Source of the DNA: Eremomyces bilateralis CBS 781.70
Taxonomy: Eukaryota
Assembly (NCBI GenBank): GCA_010015585.1
Contig: ML975164.1
Strand: one strand, 5' to 3'
DNA: 64,000 nucleotides
Shown: in pieces, positions 13,287 to 24,647 of the stretch
How the letters are laid out: each line of letters begins with the position of its first letter
Numbering within the stretch: position 1 is the first letter of the stretch
Notes under the pieces: generated by a model
The model's database searches: none
What the model was told of the DNA's origin: nothing
Seen by the model: the letters and a program-made list of their open reading frames with translations, nothing else
Program-made: the position numbers and the translations under genes

Positions 13287-14495
13287 AGGCGAACAATAGG
13301 AGCTCTGAGATGAGGTCTGATGCTGGACAAGCACAATACAACTTGGACAATAGCAGTCGGAATTGAGAGATTTAATAGACTCTGCGAGGGATCTCGTATC
13401 GTAGAATGCTATGAAATTGAAAGAAAGCACTTTTATCAAATTGGTTGGAGATTTCGACGTCAAAATTACCCTTTTTTCATTCCAGTTGTGTCACGGATGA
13501 TAGATGAGATGTATTAATATTCTCGGGATGATTTGATATTTCCCTGCCGGTCGGGCAGATGACGTGTGGGGCAGGAACGAGAACTGCAGGTGCACGAGAA
13601 GAGCTCGGGCGCAGCTGCCGGTTTTCCCCTCATAATGCCTCAGGCAGTCAGGCAGTCATAGAGCCATTCAATTTGATTAGGTAGCCACCCCCTCGATCGG
13701 AACTCGGACCCTGACATCTGATGGATCACATATATGCATGGAACCCATGTCACACCCCCTGCACCCGCCAAGTCCCCAGCCACACTCGGCAACATCCCCC
13801 CTGCATCTTTCATCCGTGCCTGCCGCCGCCCTCAACACTTCACCAGCCCTCTTTTTCCTCCACCATCCACGATCGTATCCATCACTGAAACATCTGGCCC
13901 CCCATCGGCCCCATAGGCCATGAATCGCACTCTCTCAGGAGAGATCTAGCCACCATGACTCTCAATATTGATTCTGATTTGCCCTATTGCCAGTCTGGGC
14001 ATCAATATTCCCACCACACCTTGGTAAAACTGGGGCATCTCTATATTAAGCGGCACGAGCAGGTGCTGACTCTCCTTGGATGGGGCCCAGAACCACCATG
14101 AGAAAAGGAAAATGGAGTTAGAGAAATAAATGGCTGGAGCATAGCCTTCCCACTTTCAAGAGGAATAAGAGTCGTGTAACATCCTGCTAACCTTCCATTA
14201 TTTTCGTTCACATCTGATCTTCATCGTTGACACTTGATCTATCTCGGAAGCAGGAACCCGTCTTCCCGCTCCTTTTACATCTGATATCTTTTTGTTTGCA
14301 GGGAATCATCCAATTGCTCCTACCCTTACTCGGTCACCAACACTCACCACCTCCTCTCTTCCCGCTCTCCAACCTCTCACTCTCTTCCCACTCTCCAACC
14401 TCGCAGTATTACCTCTCACCACCCGTCTCCCACAGAAATACATCTTATCTACCATCCCAAGCCTTCCATCTCGTCAATTCTTCACAGTCGTATTC

Positions 14496-16183
14496 ATGTG
14501 GTCGACTCCCTCCCTCCGAGCAATCGCTCCTCTAGCATTGCTACTTTCTCCTGCCGCCGCTCAAACGTGGAGTTCATGCAACCCCCTCACATCTGGAAGC
14601 TGCCCTCCCAATCCCGCCCTCGGCCGGGAAGTCAGCATCGACCTCGCCTCAGAATCAGATAGCTTCACCGTCACCGGCGGATCGGTGAACTATGGCGCAA
14701 GCGGTGCCGTTTTCACCGTCGCAAAATCCGGCGATTCCCCCACCATTTCCTCCATATGGTACATCATGTTCGGTCGGGTGGAAGTGGTCATGAAAGCGTC
14801 TCCCGGCGCCGGCCTCGTCAGCAGTGTGGTCCTGCAATCGGATACGCTCGACGAGATCGACTGGGAGTGGCTCGGTGCGGATCCCGCGCAAGTTCAGACC
14901 AACTTCTTCGGGAAGGGAAATACCGATACCTACGACCGTGGCGCATTCCACCCCAACCCAGGATCGCAATCGGAATACCACACCTACACAATCGATTGGA
15001 CCCCAGAGCAGATCGTTTGGCAGATCAATGGGCAGACCATTCGAGCTCTCAATCAGGCGGACGCGGCTGGCCAATACCCCCAAACTCCGATGCAGATCAA
15101 AATGGGCTCCTGGTCCGGAGGTGATCCAGCCAACTCCCCGGGGACCATCGAATGGGCTCGTGGACCAACCGATTACTCCCAAGGTCCCTTCTCCATGTAT
15201 GTCCGGTCCATCAAGGTTACCGACTACTCCAAAGGCACGCAATACCGCTACAAGGATACCTCCGGCACCTGGAAATCCATCGAAGCAGTCGGCGGCTCCG
15301 TCAATGCCGTAGGCGGCGGTTCTCCCGTCGAATCCGCTGCCCCCGCGGTGACATCCAAGTCCACCGGCCAACCTCTCCCCTTCGAAGGCACCCATCGCCA
15401 ATCGGAGTCTATCACCACTCGAACCGGCTACCCCTGGGTCGCAGAACCGTCCAACCCTTCATCCACATTCGTGACGTCGTCGTATCCGGGTCTTCCGTCT
15501 GGATGGACCGTATCCGGCTCCGGCAAGGTAATCCCGGCCAGCTCGGCCCCTGTGAGTATGGACGATCATTCCTTTTCTTCTCCGACCCCTCCCCCCAATC
15601 CAACAGCCGGTGCGCAAGGCCCCTCGACGACGCCGCAAGGAGGCTCCTTAGCTCCACAACAAACCGACGCGTCTCCGGCGGTCCAACTAGGTGATCCTTA
15701 CCCACTCCTTCACCCAGTTGACACCTGAACTTCTCTCCGCCCTTCTCTCCTCCATTCTCCCCTTCCACTGTCGTCGTCACCCTCTTGGAATTCTCGCTAA
15801 TGTCGATATCATAGTCACCCCCTCAATCCACCACCTCTCCCTCGCCTTCCTCCTCGCCTCCACCGGATGCTGGCTCCGCCTTCGATTCGACATATGAGTC
15901 CATCTCCGGCTGGGACAACCGTGGCTTCGCCACTGTACAAGTCGTTCCCGCCCGCTGGGCCTCCCGGTCTAAGAGCTTCGACGAGCAGGGCTTCGAAATC
16001 ACCGCGGCACCGACACCGGCAAGCGCGGACACGACAGCCAAACCTCTAGCGGTGAGGGCGCAGGATCCTTCGGAGGTGTATGGAGCAGGAGCCGGGCGGA
16101 GGGCAGGAGAGAAGGAAGTAGGCTATGCAGCCTGGGGCATGGGAATCGCGGTGGGCGCGATGATGTTGATTGGAAGGCTTTAG
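14496..16183 (+). CDS. Crh-family GH16 chitin/glucan transglycosylase, GPI-anchored; intron 15552-15814 (alternative donor 15556)
   Basis: Signal peptide followed by QTWSSCNPL, catalytic DEIDWEWLG, YPQTPM and a Ser/Thr/Pro linker. The terminal exon 15815-16183 ends in hydrophobic AAWGMGIAVGAMMLIGRL*. Confidence 0.9.
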
Positions 16184-17926
16184 AAGAAAACTAGAAAGCG
16201 TGGCGTCGATTGTGTTGCATAAGCGTGGCGTTTGGGTTGTTTCGGATGGATTATAAGATAGAAATGGAATGAGGAGCTGACATGGCATGTAGATAGATGA
16301 GATGGGATGAATAAGGGATGAGTATTGCGACCAGGACTGAATGCTATTGTTACCTGCGGTCGACGAGTCTATCGGACGTTAGACGAATGGATAATGGGAC
16401 TTGGGCCATTTGAATTGGTGCAGATGTGATATGGTCTCTTTACAAAACTGTGATCATGCAGGACCGCGCAGTAGGATGGTATTAAATGATATAACCTTTC
16501 TATTCCTTAGCCGATTCTCCTCTCGATGTCTACGGTAGTGAAAATAATTCCAGTTACACCCGACAACCTCCCCAGTCATCATGTACCCCCTCAATCCTCA
16601 TCCAAGCTAGCGCACGCCACCCTAACTCCAACTCCACCTTGCCCAGTTTCCCACTGCTGACTGACATCCCACCACAGTCGTACTGCATCATTTCTCCAAC
16701 TCCCAAGTCCACCTCCCAACCGGACCCTCTATCATCTCGCCGCCATCATACCACCATCCGTCCTAGCATCTGCCGTGCGACTGGATCGGGCGACGAATGG
16801 ACACCTCGGAGCTATATATCAGCCCCGGACCAGCCAGGGAAGTTTGTGGACGGCTCTGTGGTCCTTTGAATTGATTGTCCAGACTGTTGTGGGGGGGTTG
16901 ATATTGAATTGTCAACTACCTGTGCCGTTGAACTCCCTGAGGACGAGAGGGATTGTCCCCAACGGAAGGCAACCTCACCTTGCGGGGCTACCGCCGTCTG
17001 GTAAACGAAGCGACCAAGATCCCAACGCCTCTTCTCCCCACTCCTTAAACCGGCATCCTCTCAACGTGAATGAGAAACGGGAATGACCATCGCATATCCG
17101 ACTCATTAACTCCAATGTCGATCCCTGCTCTTCTTAATAACCGACGACGCCGTTGACATGACCCATCGCCTTGGAATCATATCACGATAGATCAATGCGC
17201 ATTCACTGTCCGCAAGAATCGCCGATTGAGCCCGTTTGATCGATGATCTTCCCTCCCGTCGCATTCGACTCATCTGGTTGGAAGCGAGAGAGAATTTAAT
17301 TGTCAACTGCCGTACGGGTAGCTGCAACGCGACGTTTGCATCCGGGCACTCACTCACTCCTCACCACGCCATCTCATCTCACGGACGGTTGAGCGGCATC
17401 AGTCGGTATTGCAATCCGGTTTGGTTGCGCTTGCTGTTTGGTGCGATCGCGTGGATAAAAACGCGGTGACTGACTGAAGACGTTAATGTGTTGTATGAAT
17501 TCTTGCGAGAGTCACATCACCCATCCGCAGTGTACATAGTACATATTGACTTCCCGCACTTGATTTTGCTCCCTGCACGTATTTTCTTCCTTTTATATGT
17601 CCTTGCTGTTCACATCGCTCTTCTTCACCCCTGTACATGCGTGCTTAATTACCTTACATACGCGAGCATTCCATTCCACTGCCATTGCGTTCCGAGTACA
17701 ATCTCCCTGTCCCATCGCACAGAACCCAGGAGGCGGATTCGGAGGTCGGGCAACGTCGCTCAGATCGGTGGTGCTACTGGAGTTCGGGTGTGATTACGCG
17801 GGGACGGATCAGCGCTCGCATCTCACGACATCGTGTTCGGTGTTGTGATATGTGAGGTTCTTCACTCCACACCACAACTCTTCAGCTTCATCTTTCGTAG
17901 TCTGAGAAGTCTCTGCGCGACTCACG

Positions 17927-19840
17927 ATGCGTTTTTCCTGGGTGTTCACCACCCTCGTCTCTTCCTCTCTTCCGCTACTCGTTTCGGCAATATGGCCTAT
18001 TCCTTCCGAGTATAGTACTGGCAACTCAGTACTCTGGGTCCGACAAAACTTGCAAGTCTCCTTGGCTGGAAAAGATGTAGGAATTCTTTCGCAGTTTTCT
18101 TCGTTTGCTTCATTTGATTCATTCGCGAGCGTCCTTGATAGATTCCTTGCCTCTTATTTACCACAACAACTAACCGAGCAATTCGCATTTCTGCAGCGGC
18201 CGACCGGGAATTATGAATTGTTCACACAGACCGGGAAGAATTCCAGTTGTTTCGCGGTGGATCCGGACCCGGCCAGTTGCCCGATCGGCTCCAATACCAT
18301 CTTGCAAGCCGCCGTTGCGAGGATGTTCGACACGCTGTTCGAGCGGAACTTCATCCCATGGAAGTTCTATCCAAAGCGCGCAGTGTTCGAGCCCGGGAGG
18401 GACGGCACGTACCGCGGCCCGCGGAAGGAGATCACGAAACTCACACTGGTACTGAAAAAACCAGACCCGGAAACCCTCCTGCGCCCACTGGCAGGCTCGG
18501 TCGACGAATCGTATGAGCTAGCCTTGAACACTGATGGGACGGCGACAATAGCCGCAAACTCCACGATCGGGCTGGTGCGGGGTCTGACAACGATGACGCA
18601 GCTTTTCTTCAAGCATTCGGATGGCCAGGTATACACGAAGCTTGCTCCAGTGAAGATCTTCGACGCGCCAAAGTTCCCGCATCGTGGACTGAACATGGAT
18701 GTATCACGGAGCTATTACCCGGTCAAAGATATCAAGCGCCAGATCGACGCTCTGGGGTACACCAAGTTCAACCGCCTGCATCTCCATATCACGGATTCGC
18801 AATCGTGGCCGCTCGTTATTCCTGATTTGCCATGGCTTACTTGGAAGGGAGCTTATCAGTATGATATGATCTACACCCCTACCGACATCAGCGATATCCA
18901 ATATTACGCTGCCCTGCATGGCATCTCCGTGGTCATCGAAACCGACATGCCTGGCCACACCACCAGCATCGGATATGGCTATCCAAATCTCATCACCGCC
19001 TTCGAAGAAGACGACTGGGCCACCTACGCCGCGCAGCCCCCATCAGGCACCCTCAAACTCAACTCCCAGGAAGTCTTTGTCTTCCTCGAAAAACTGTGGA
19101 ATGACCTGCTCCCCCGCCTGAAGCCCCTCTCCGCATACTATCACACCGGCGGCGACGAGGTAAACAAAAACGCCTACCGCTTCGACGAAACCGTCAACTC
19201 CTCCGACCCCGCAGTCCTGCAACCCTACATGCAGAGCTTCGTCAACTTCAACCACGACGCCGTCCGCCATGCCGGCATGGTCCCCATCGTCTGGGAAGAG
19301 ATGCTCCTCGAATGGAACCTCACCCTCGGCCGCGACGTCGTTGTGCAAACCTGGCAATCCTCCGCCGCCGTCCAGCAAGTCGTCGCTAAAGGCCACAAAG
19401 CCCTCGTCGGCAACTACAACTTCTGGTACCTCGACTGCGGACAGGGGCAGTGGATCGACTTCCCCCCGGATTCTTCGGAGGGGTTCTGGCCGTACGCGGA
19501 CTACTGCTCCCCGCGGAAGAACTGGCGGCTAATCTACTCGCTCGACCCTCTGGACGGCATCCCGGCGAACCAGACGCATCTGGTGATCGGCGGGGAGGCG
19601 CATATCTGGGGGGAGCAGACGGATGCAGTGAACGTGGATCGGATGGTGTGGCCGCGGGCGGCGGCGGTGGCGGAGGTGCTGTGGAGTGGGGCTAAGGATG
19701 CGGAGGGGAGGAATCGGAGTCAGGTGGAGGCGAGTCCGCGGTTGGCGGAGATGAGGGAGCGGTTGGTGACGAGGGGGGTGGGGAGTGAGCCGGTTCATAT
19801 GCCATATTGTACGATGGAGGATAAGGGGTGCATTTGGTGA
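17927..19840 (+). CDS. Secreted GH20 beta-N-acetylhexosaminidase (probable in-frame intron 18077-18196)
   Basis: Signal peptide plus IWPIP, FPHRGLNMDVSR, HLHITDSQSWP, HTGGDEVN catalytic pair, WYLDCG and GGEAHIWGEQTD. Confidence 0.95.
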   Translation: MRFSWVFTTLVSSSLPLLVSAIWPIPSEYSTGNSVLWVRQNLQVSLAGKDVGILSQFSSFASFDSFASVLDRFLASYLPQQLTEQFAFLQRPTGNYELFTQTGKNSSCFAVDPDPASCPIGSNTILQAAVARMFDTLFERNFIPWKFYPKRAVFEPGRDGTYRGPRKEITKLTLVLKKPDPETLLRPLAGSVDESYELALNTDGTATIAANSTIGLVRGLTTMTQLFFKHSDGQVYTKLAPVKIFDAPKFPHRGLNMDVSRSYYPVKDIKRQIDALGYTKFNRLHLHITDSQSWPLVIPDLPWLTWKGAYQYDMIYTPTDISDIQYYAALHGISVVIETDMPGHTTSIGYGYPNLITAFEEDDWATYAAQPPSGTLKLNSQEVFVFLEKLWNDLLPRLKPLSAYYHTGGDEVNKNAYRFDETVNSSDPAVLQPYMQSFVNFNHDAVRHAGMVPIVWEEMLLEWNLTLGRDVVVQTWQSSAAVQQVVAKGHKALVGNYNFWYLDCGQGQWIDFPPDSSEGFWPYADYCSPRKNWRLIYSLDPLDGIPANQTHLVIGGEAHIWGEQTDAVNVDRMVWPRAAAVAEVLWSGAKDAEGRNRSQVEASPRLAEMRERLVTRGVGSEPVHMPYCTMEDKGCIW

Positions 19841-21036
19841 ATGAAAGGGATGAAGGAAAGAGGGATGGTAGAGTAGTGGTGAATGAAAATGTGGCCGAGA
19901 CGCTCTGAGGTTCGTTGGTAAGGGTTAGACACGATCCCACTGAAATTGTCATGATTGCGCCATAGCAAGTTAATGAATTTTTTTGGCTTAAAGCAGCTTT
20001 AGGATATCACCGTATACTGTCGGGTGGCCCATGATGGCCAACGGACCGTATCTCAGCTTACCTCCTTTACCACCTCCACTCACCTGTCCATACTCCTGTA
20101 GCTCTACCACATACACAAGCACCAGTACACGAGGTAGTAACCAATGGGAAGCCGGTATTAATGGGAGTAGGCTGTGCCACGAAATGTCGACAGCAGCCTA
20201 GATACGCAAGCCCCAAACAAAAGCAAACGACCGCATAAAAGATCGCCCCTGACCAGACTCGAACCTGCATCCACCTCCCCATGACCTTCCCCCACCTTTC
20301 TCCCCCTCTTCTCTCTCTCCCTCCCCTCTATACCCAGCAAAAAGGAACGGACCGTCGAGAAGCAAAACTATAACTCACCTTCGAGGGTGGGATAGAAAGT
20401 CAACCATCTCGTAGGCCCTAGGTGTCTGTTCCATGGGACTGGTATCATTTTTTCAGCTGTACTCAATCTGCATCAGTCGCGAAACCAACTTGACCATTTC
20501 CACTGAGAGTTAAATTGATCGGTTTAAATAATATAGTGCTTTTCGAATATCTGTTAACACAAAAGAAGGGAGGAGGGAGGTGAATTCATGTGAAGTTGAT
20601 AGGGAGGAGGGAGGTACATGATAGATCACGTGGACGATATGGATGCCCCTGGCCCCCTGCCCTCATGTTGCCCCACAATTGCTTTGACGCGACGCCGGCA
20701 ACACGACATTGATGTTGAACATCGACAAGCTCCATTTCACCAGAATTTACTGCCTACGCTCGATGGTCCCACGCATTCCAAGTTCAACATACCAGTTGAG
20801 TGGATAAGTACATACCCAGGCGAGAACCGAGGGACAGATTTGGATTCTTGAACTATAGACGCATCAACACGTGGTACACTCCCGTTCATGAATGCATCAA
20901 CTCGTCTCAATATATCAAAGTGGTCTACTGGACGAATTGCGGCGGTTTATTGTAACGAGCGTCGATTTGTTACTCTATTTACATGTCTGATCACAGACTC
21001 GCAGGCTGACAAGCTATATTCTGGTATCTCATGCCC

Positions 21037-21573
21037 TTAGCATGGTCTGGGTCTGCATTGAGGTCCTCTTCCAGGTCCTCTTCCAGGTACTCGATTCCCG
21101 ACTCCCTGGTTGTAACCACCTCCTTGGTTCCCGTATCCTCCCCATTGATTACAATTCCCTCCCTGATAACCCCCATATCCTCCACCTCCTCCCTGACCCC
21201 AATTCCCTCCTTGATTACCTCCATATCCTCCACCCCATCCTCCCTGATTCCAATTCCCTCCTTGATTACCTCCATATCCTCCACCCCCTCCTCCCTGACC
21301 CCAATTCCCTCCCTGATTATTCCTATATCCTCCGCTCTGATTCCCGCCGGGGATCTGGTCGCGGATGTTCTGATCCAACTGGCCCCAAGCCTGATCCTCC
21401 GAGTTACACCACCCGGTATGCGCCAACGGCGGGCCATAGCCGTTCCCGGTGTCCTTGTGGACCACGCAGCAGCATCGCCCTCGGTTGGGAACCTGGCAGT
21501 TGACATTGTACTTACCTGGGCCCCAGACCTTTTGGCAGTTGTTGTAAACGCGGTCGCGGCGTCCGAATGTCAT
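21037..21573 (-). CDS. Small orphan protein with a Cys-containing N-terminus and a Gly/Asn/Gln/Tyr/Trp low-complexity repeat domain
   Basis: 178-aa ORF with GGNWGQGGGGGGYGGNQ-type repeats. A TATA-like TATAAA lies on the minus strand near 21681-21695. Confidence 0.55.
   Translation of the reverse strand: MTFGRRDRVYNNCQKVWGPGKYNVNCQVPNRGRCCCVVHKDTGNGYGPPLAHTGWCNSEDQAWGQLDQNIRDQIPGGNQSGGYRNNQGGNWGQGGGGGGYGGNQGGNWNQGGWGGGYGGNQGGNWGQGGGGGYGGYQGGNCNQWGGYGNQGGGYNQGVGNRVPGRGPGRGPQCRPRPC
21140..21330 (-). repeat. Imperfect tandem repeat of about 48-51 bp, 3-4 copies
   Basis: CAATTCCCTCC(T/C)TGAT..CCATATCCTCCACC units recur on the + strand. Confidence 0.85.
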
Positions 21574-22191
21574 GATGGATGATGGATGGATGTCTTTATT
21601 TGGATGGAGTTCAAGAATAGTACGTTAAAAGGTTTGAGTGTAAGTCGTAAGTTGTCCATTCTTCGTTCTGTCCTGGACGGTTTATAGCTTTATATGTATA
21701 GTGCTGGCCCTGACTCGACCTCATGTGGGGAGTAAACCCTTAGGAATGATGTCTTTCCTTGTACCATTATGGCGGCTATTGCCACAGTATAATGTTGATT
21801 GCACGTAAGTGAAGATGCTAACCAGACACGCCAGTAGAGCCAAAGTGGAAGTCTCATAAGGAGTTGAGGACCCTGATGTAAGAGCGGACGCGGCCACGTG
21901 ATCTCCGCCACATACCACAGCGACATTGACGTCAGAAGCGTGGCGCTCTAGCAAAAGGCTGCGGGATCACAACATCAGATGTCTGGCCTTCATAAATGCT
22001 AATAGAAATGGATGGAAGCATGAGGGTCACCCGGCAGCTCCTCCAGTTTCTCCACTTAAACCAATGCTCCTAGGTTCTGCAAACACGGAGCACCCGCCAG
22101 CTTGAGCAACGAATGCAGGGAGTGAGGCGGCTATACCATCGCGAGTGGGAGGACGACTTGGCCATCCTAAGCCAAGCCCACCGCTCTCACA

Positions 22192-24079
22192 TCACCCCTT
22201 GGACTTCTTCCCCTTTTGATTCAACTTCCTCGTCTCCCACCACCGCATAATCTGTTCCCAATACGCCGCTAAGACGACCGCGAGAATGCTCAGCGGTACC
22301 GCGGTGACGAAGAAAACGCCGTACACCATCGCACTGCGGTGGTTGATCTCATCGCTCATGCTCAGAAAGCCCGTGACGAAAGACCAGGGCACGAACACGA
22401 AGGCGAGGTAGGTGATGCGGCTCATGTTGCGCGACTCGACCATCGCTTTCTTGCTCTCTTCTACGCTGATGATCGCGGTGGCCATGGACATGATCTTCTC
22501 AGTGCGGTGCTGGAGGGTGTTGAGGTGGTCGAGGAGCGAGTGGTAGTCGCGTATAATGTCGGACTGCCAGTTTAACGGCGGTGCGGATGAGGGTTGTGGC
22601 ACGGAAGTTTCAATGGAAGTGTCGCTCTGAACAGCGTAGCGCCCTCTGAGGTTCGAGATGCTATCTTTAATCCAGCTCGAGTAAAACGGGAGTCGGCGTT
22701 GCCATTTGTGGAGATTGTCCAGGGCACGGTCAAGATCCTCTGGGCTGTGGCGACGCTCCGAGTCGAGCACCCACTCGATCTGGAAGAGGCCGGTGAACGT
22801 GTACTGGAGCGTGACGAGGATTTCAGCGAAGATGAACGGATAGATCTTGCTAGTGATGTACTCCGGATCCGAAGAGAGCCGCGTGGCGTCTTCGGGGGTG
22901 AGTGAAGTGACGCTGCTCATGAGATTATCGAACAAGGGATTGTTTGGTAGAATTATACCGTTCGACTTCTCATTCATTCGGGGAGGGCTGTCGAATCTAC
23001 CGTAGCCTTTCCAGAGAGGGTAACCCTCCGTAAGTGAAGGGTCGACGAGGATGATGCCTTTGACCAGCAATCAGTGTAATGCGCATCATAATAATAGATT
23101 CGACTTACCGGTCCAACCGGATTTATCTTCCCTACTCCATATGGAGATTTTCCGCCGCAGCAGTCCAACCTGATGAGGAGATGGTTCCCACCATGCTTTA
23201 GCACCCGACCTTACCTGGGCTTCCAAATCGATTCGTCTCAAAATGTTCCACTCCCCAGCTTGCTCCTTGGCCCGCTGCGATTCATCCGGATTGTCGAAAA
23301 ACCGCGGTTGCATATATCGCAGATTGACGAACGACCGTTGTCTCGCCTGCGACTCCAACTCCGGCATCTCGACCCAATCATCCTTGATATTGAACCAGGT
23401 ATGGTCTTCCAGATGACCTCGGAAGAAGGTTGGGTCAATGTCAAAGGCTGTTCCGAAAAGCTCGATGACGGCCTGAGAGAGATCCTCGACGATGAAGAGG
23501 CAGTTGCGCTTGGATGTCGTCGGCTGAATTGACGTTTGTAGAAGACTAGCAAGCTGTTCACGACTCTCCAGTGCATGCTGGACCATGCGATTTGGCGCGG
23601 TAAAATCAATATGGGCGACCTTCACCCGGGATTGCCTTTCCATAATTTCCAACGGCGGAAGCGAGGCACTCTTTTTGGGGACTGTCGACGCCTCCATAAA
23701 CTCTGCAAGGTATCTCAGTCGGGGGAATTGATCCGACACGGATTTGACATGATTAAAATACGGCTCGGCACTACATCTCGTCAGAGCCCGTTAATTCTCC
23801 ACAGTACCTTGGCCTTGAGGTGGTGTACCATTGAGCTTTATCTTTAGCTAGCCATGGTTCTTCATGATAGATCGTTCCAGTAAAGTATGGATCACCAACA
23901 TGAGGGTGGATTCCCACCTCGACAACCGTGGGACCCTTCTTGTTTGGGCTCGCCACCGAACGTGTAGCGGTAAGGCTGGACACGGCGCCCTCGGTCGCGG
24001 CACGAGATTGGCGAGAGGCAGCGCTGAGTGTCCTGTTTTCTGAATTATTGGCTTCTTCAAGCCGGCGCGGAGACTCCAT
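22192..24079 (-). CDS. Fungal CorA-like Mg2+ transporter family protein; introns near 23828/23807-23771 and 23108-23058
   Basis: Contains FIVEDLS..IELFGTAFDIDPTFFRGHL, GIILVDP, and a C-terminal ISVEESKKA..ITYLAFVFVPWSFVTGFLSM with two TM segments. Confidence 0.8.
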
Positions 24080-24531
24080 GACGAAGAGAATATAGATATA
24101 GCAGAAAAAAGTCTCAGACAGCGCGCGAGACACGATATGCGGTAAAGGCCAACAGAGGGGGAGAGCACATGGCGATGCCACCGAAATAGTCAAGAAAGCG
24201 GATTGTCATTTATCCCCGGGCAATGCGCGAATTCGATACCGTACCTACCTGTAACGAGGCTGAGGCTTGATAGGACATGGCGGAATCCTGATACATGATG
24301 CCACTGCAGCCTGCAGGATGCGTCAAGGCGAATAGGGCTCAGGATTTCGACTGTGAGCGAAAGGAGGCGTTGAAGAATAGGAACTGGAAGTTTTGATAGG
24401 TTGAAATTCCCGAATATTACCCTCCCACGTGACCCTTGACTTATCATACATGTACCGGCCAATTAGCAACGTTGGAAAGCTCTACTAGTAATGAGACTAA
24501 CCAGAAGCAGTCATAATTACCGAAATGGCCA

Positions 24532-24570
24532 ACGCGAACGCGTCTTGTGTGTCCCCACCATCCCGCGTCA
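24532..24570. promoter_or_regulatory. MCB (MBF) element cluster upstream of SLD2
   Basis: ACGCGA at 24532, ACGCGT at 24538-24543 and CCGCGT near 24563, about 80-115 bp upstream of the ATG of a G1/S replication gene. Confidence 0.6.
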
Positions 24571-24647
24571 ACCACACGCCATTTACTTTCATGACAATCT
24601 AGGCTTTCCGTGACTTCAAACCCGCCAAATACAGATGCTATTCCAAA

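Noticed and set aside
21031..21582. Plus-strand Ser/Ile/Pro-rich ORF opposite the Gly-rich gene
   Set aside because: It is most likely the antisense reading of the repeat, and the TATA-like box favours the minus strand.
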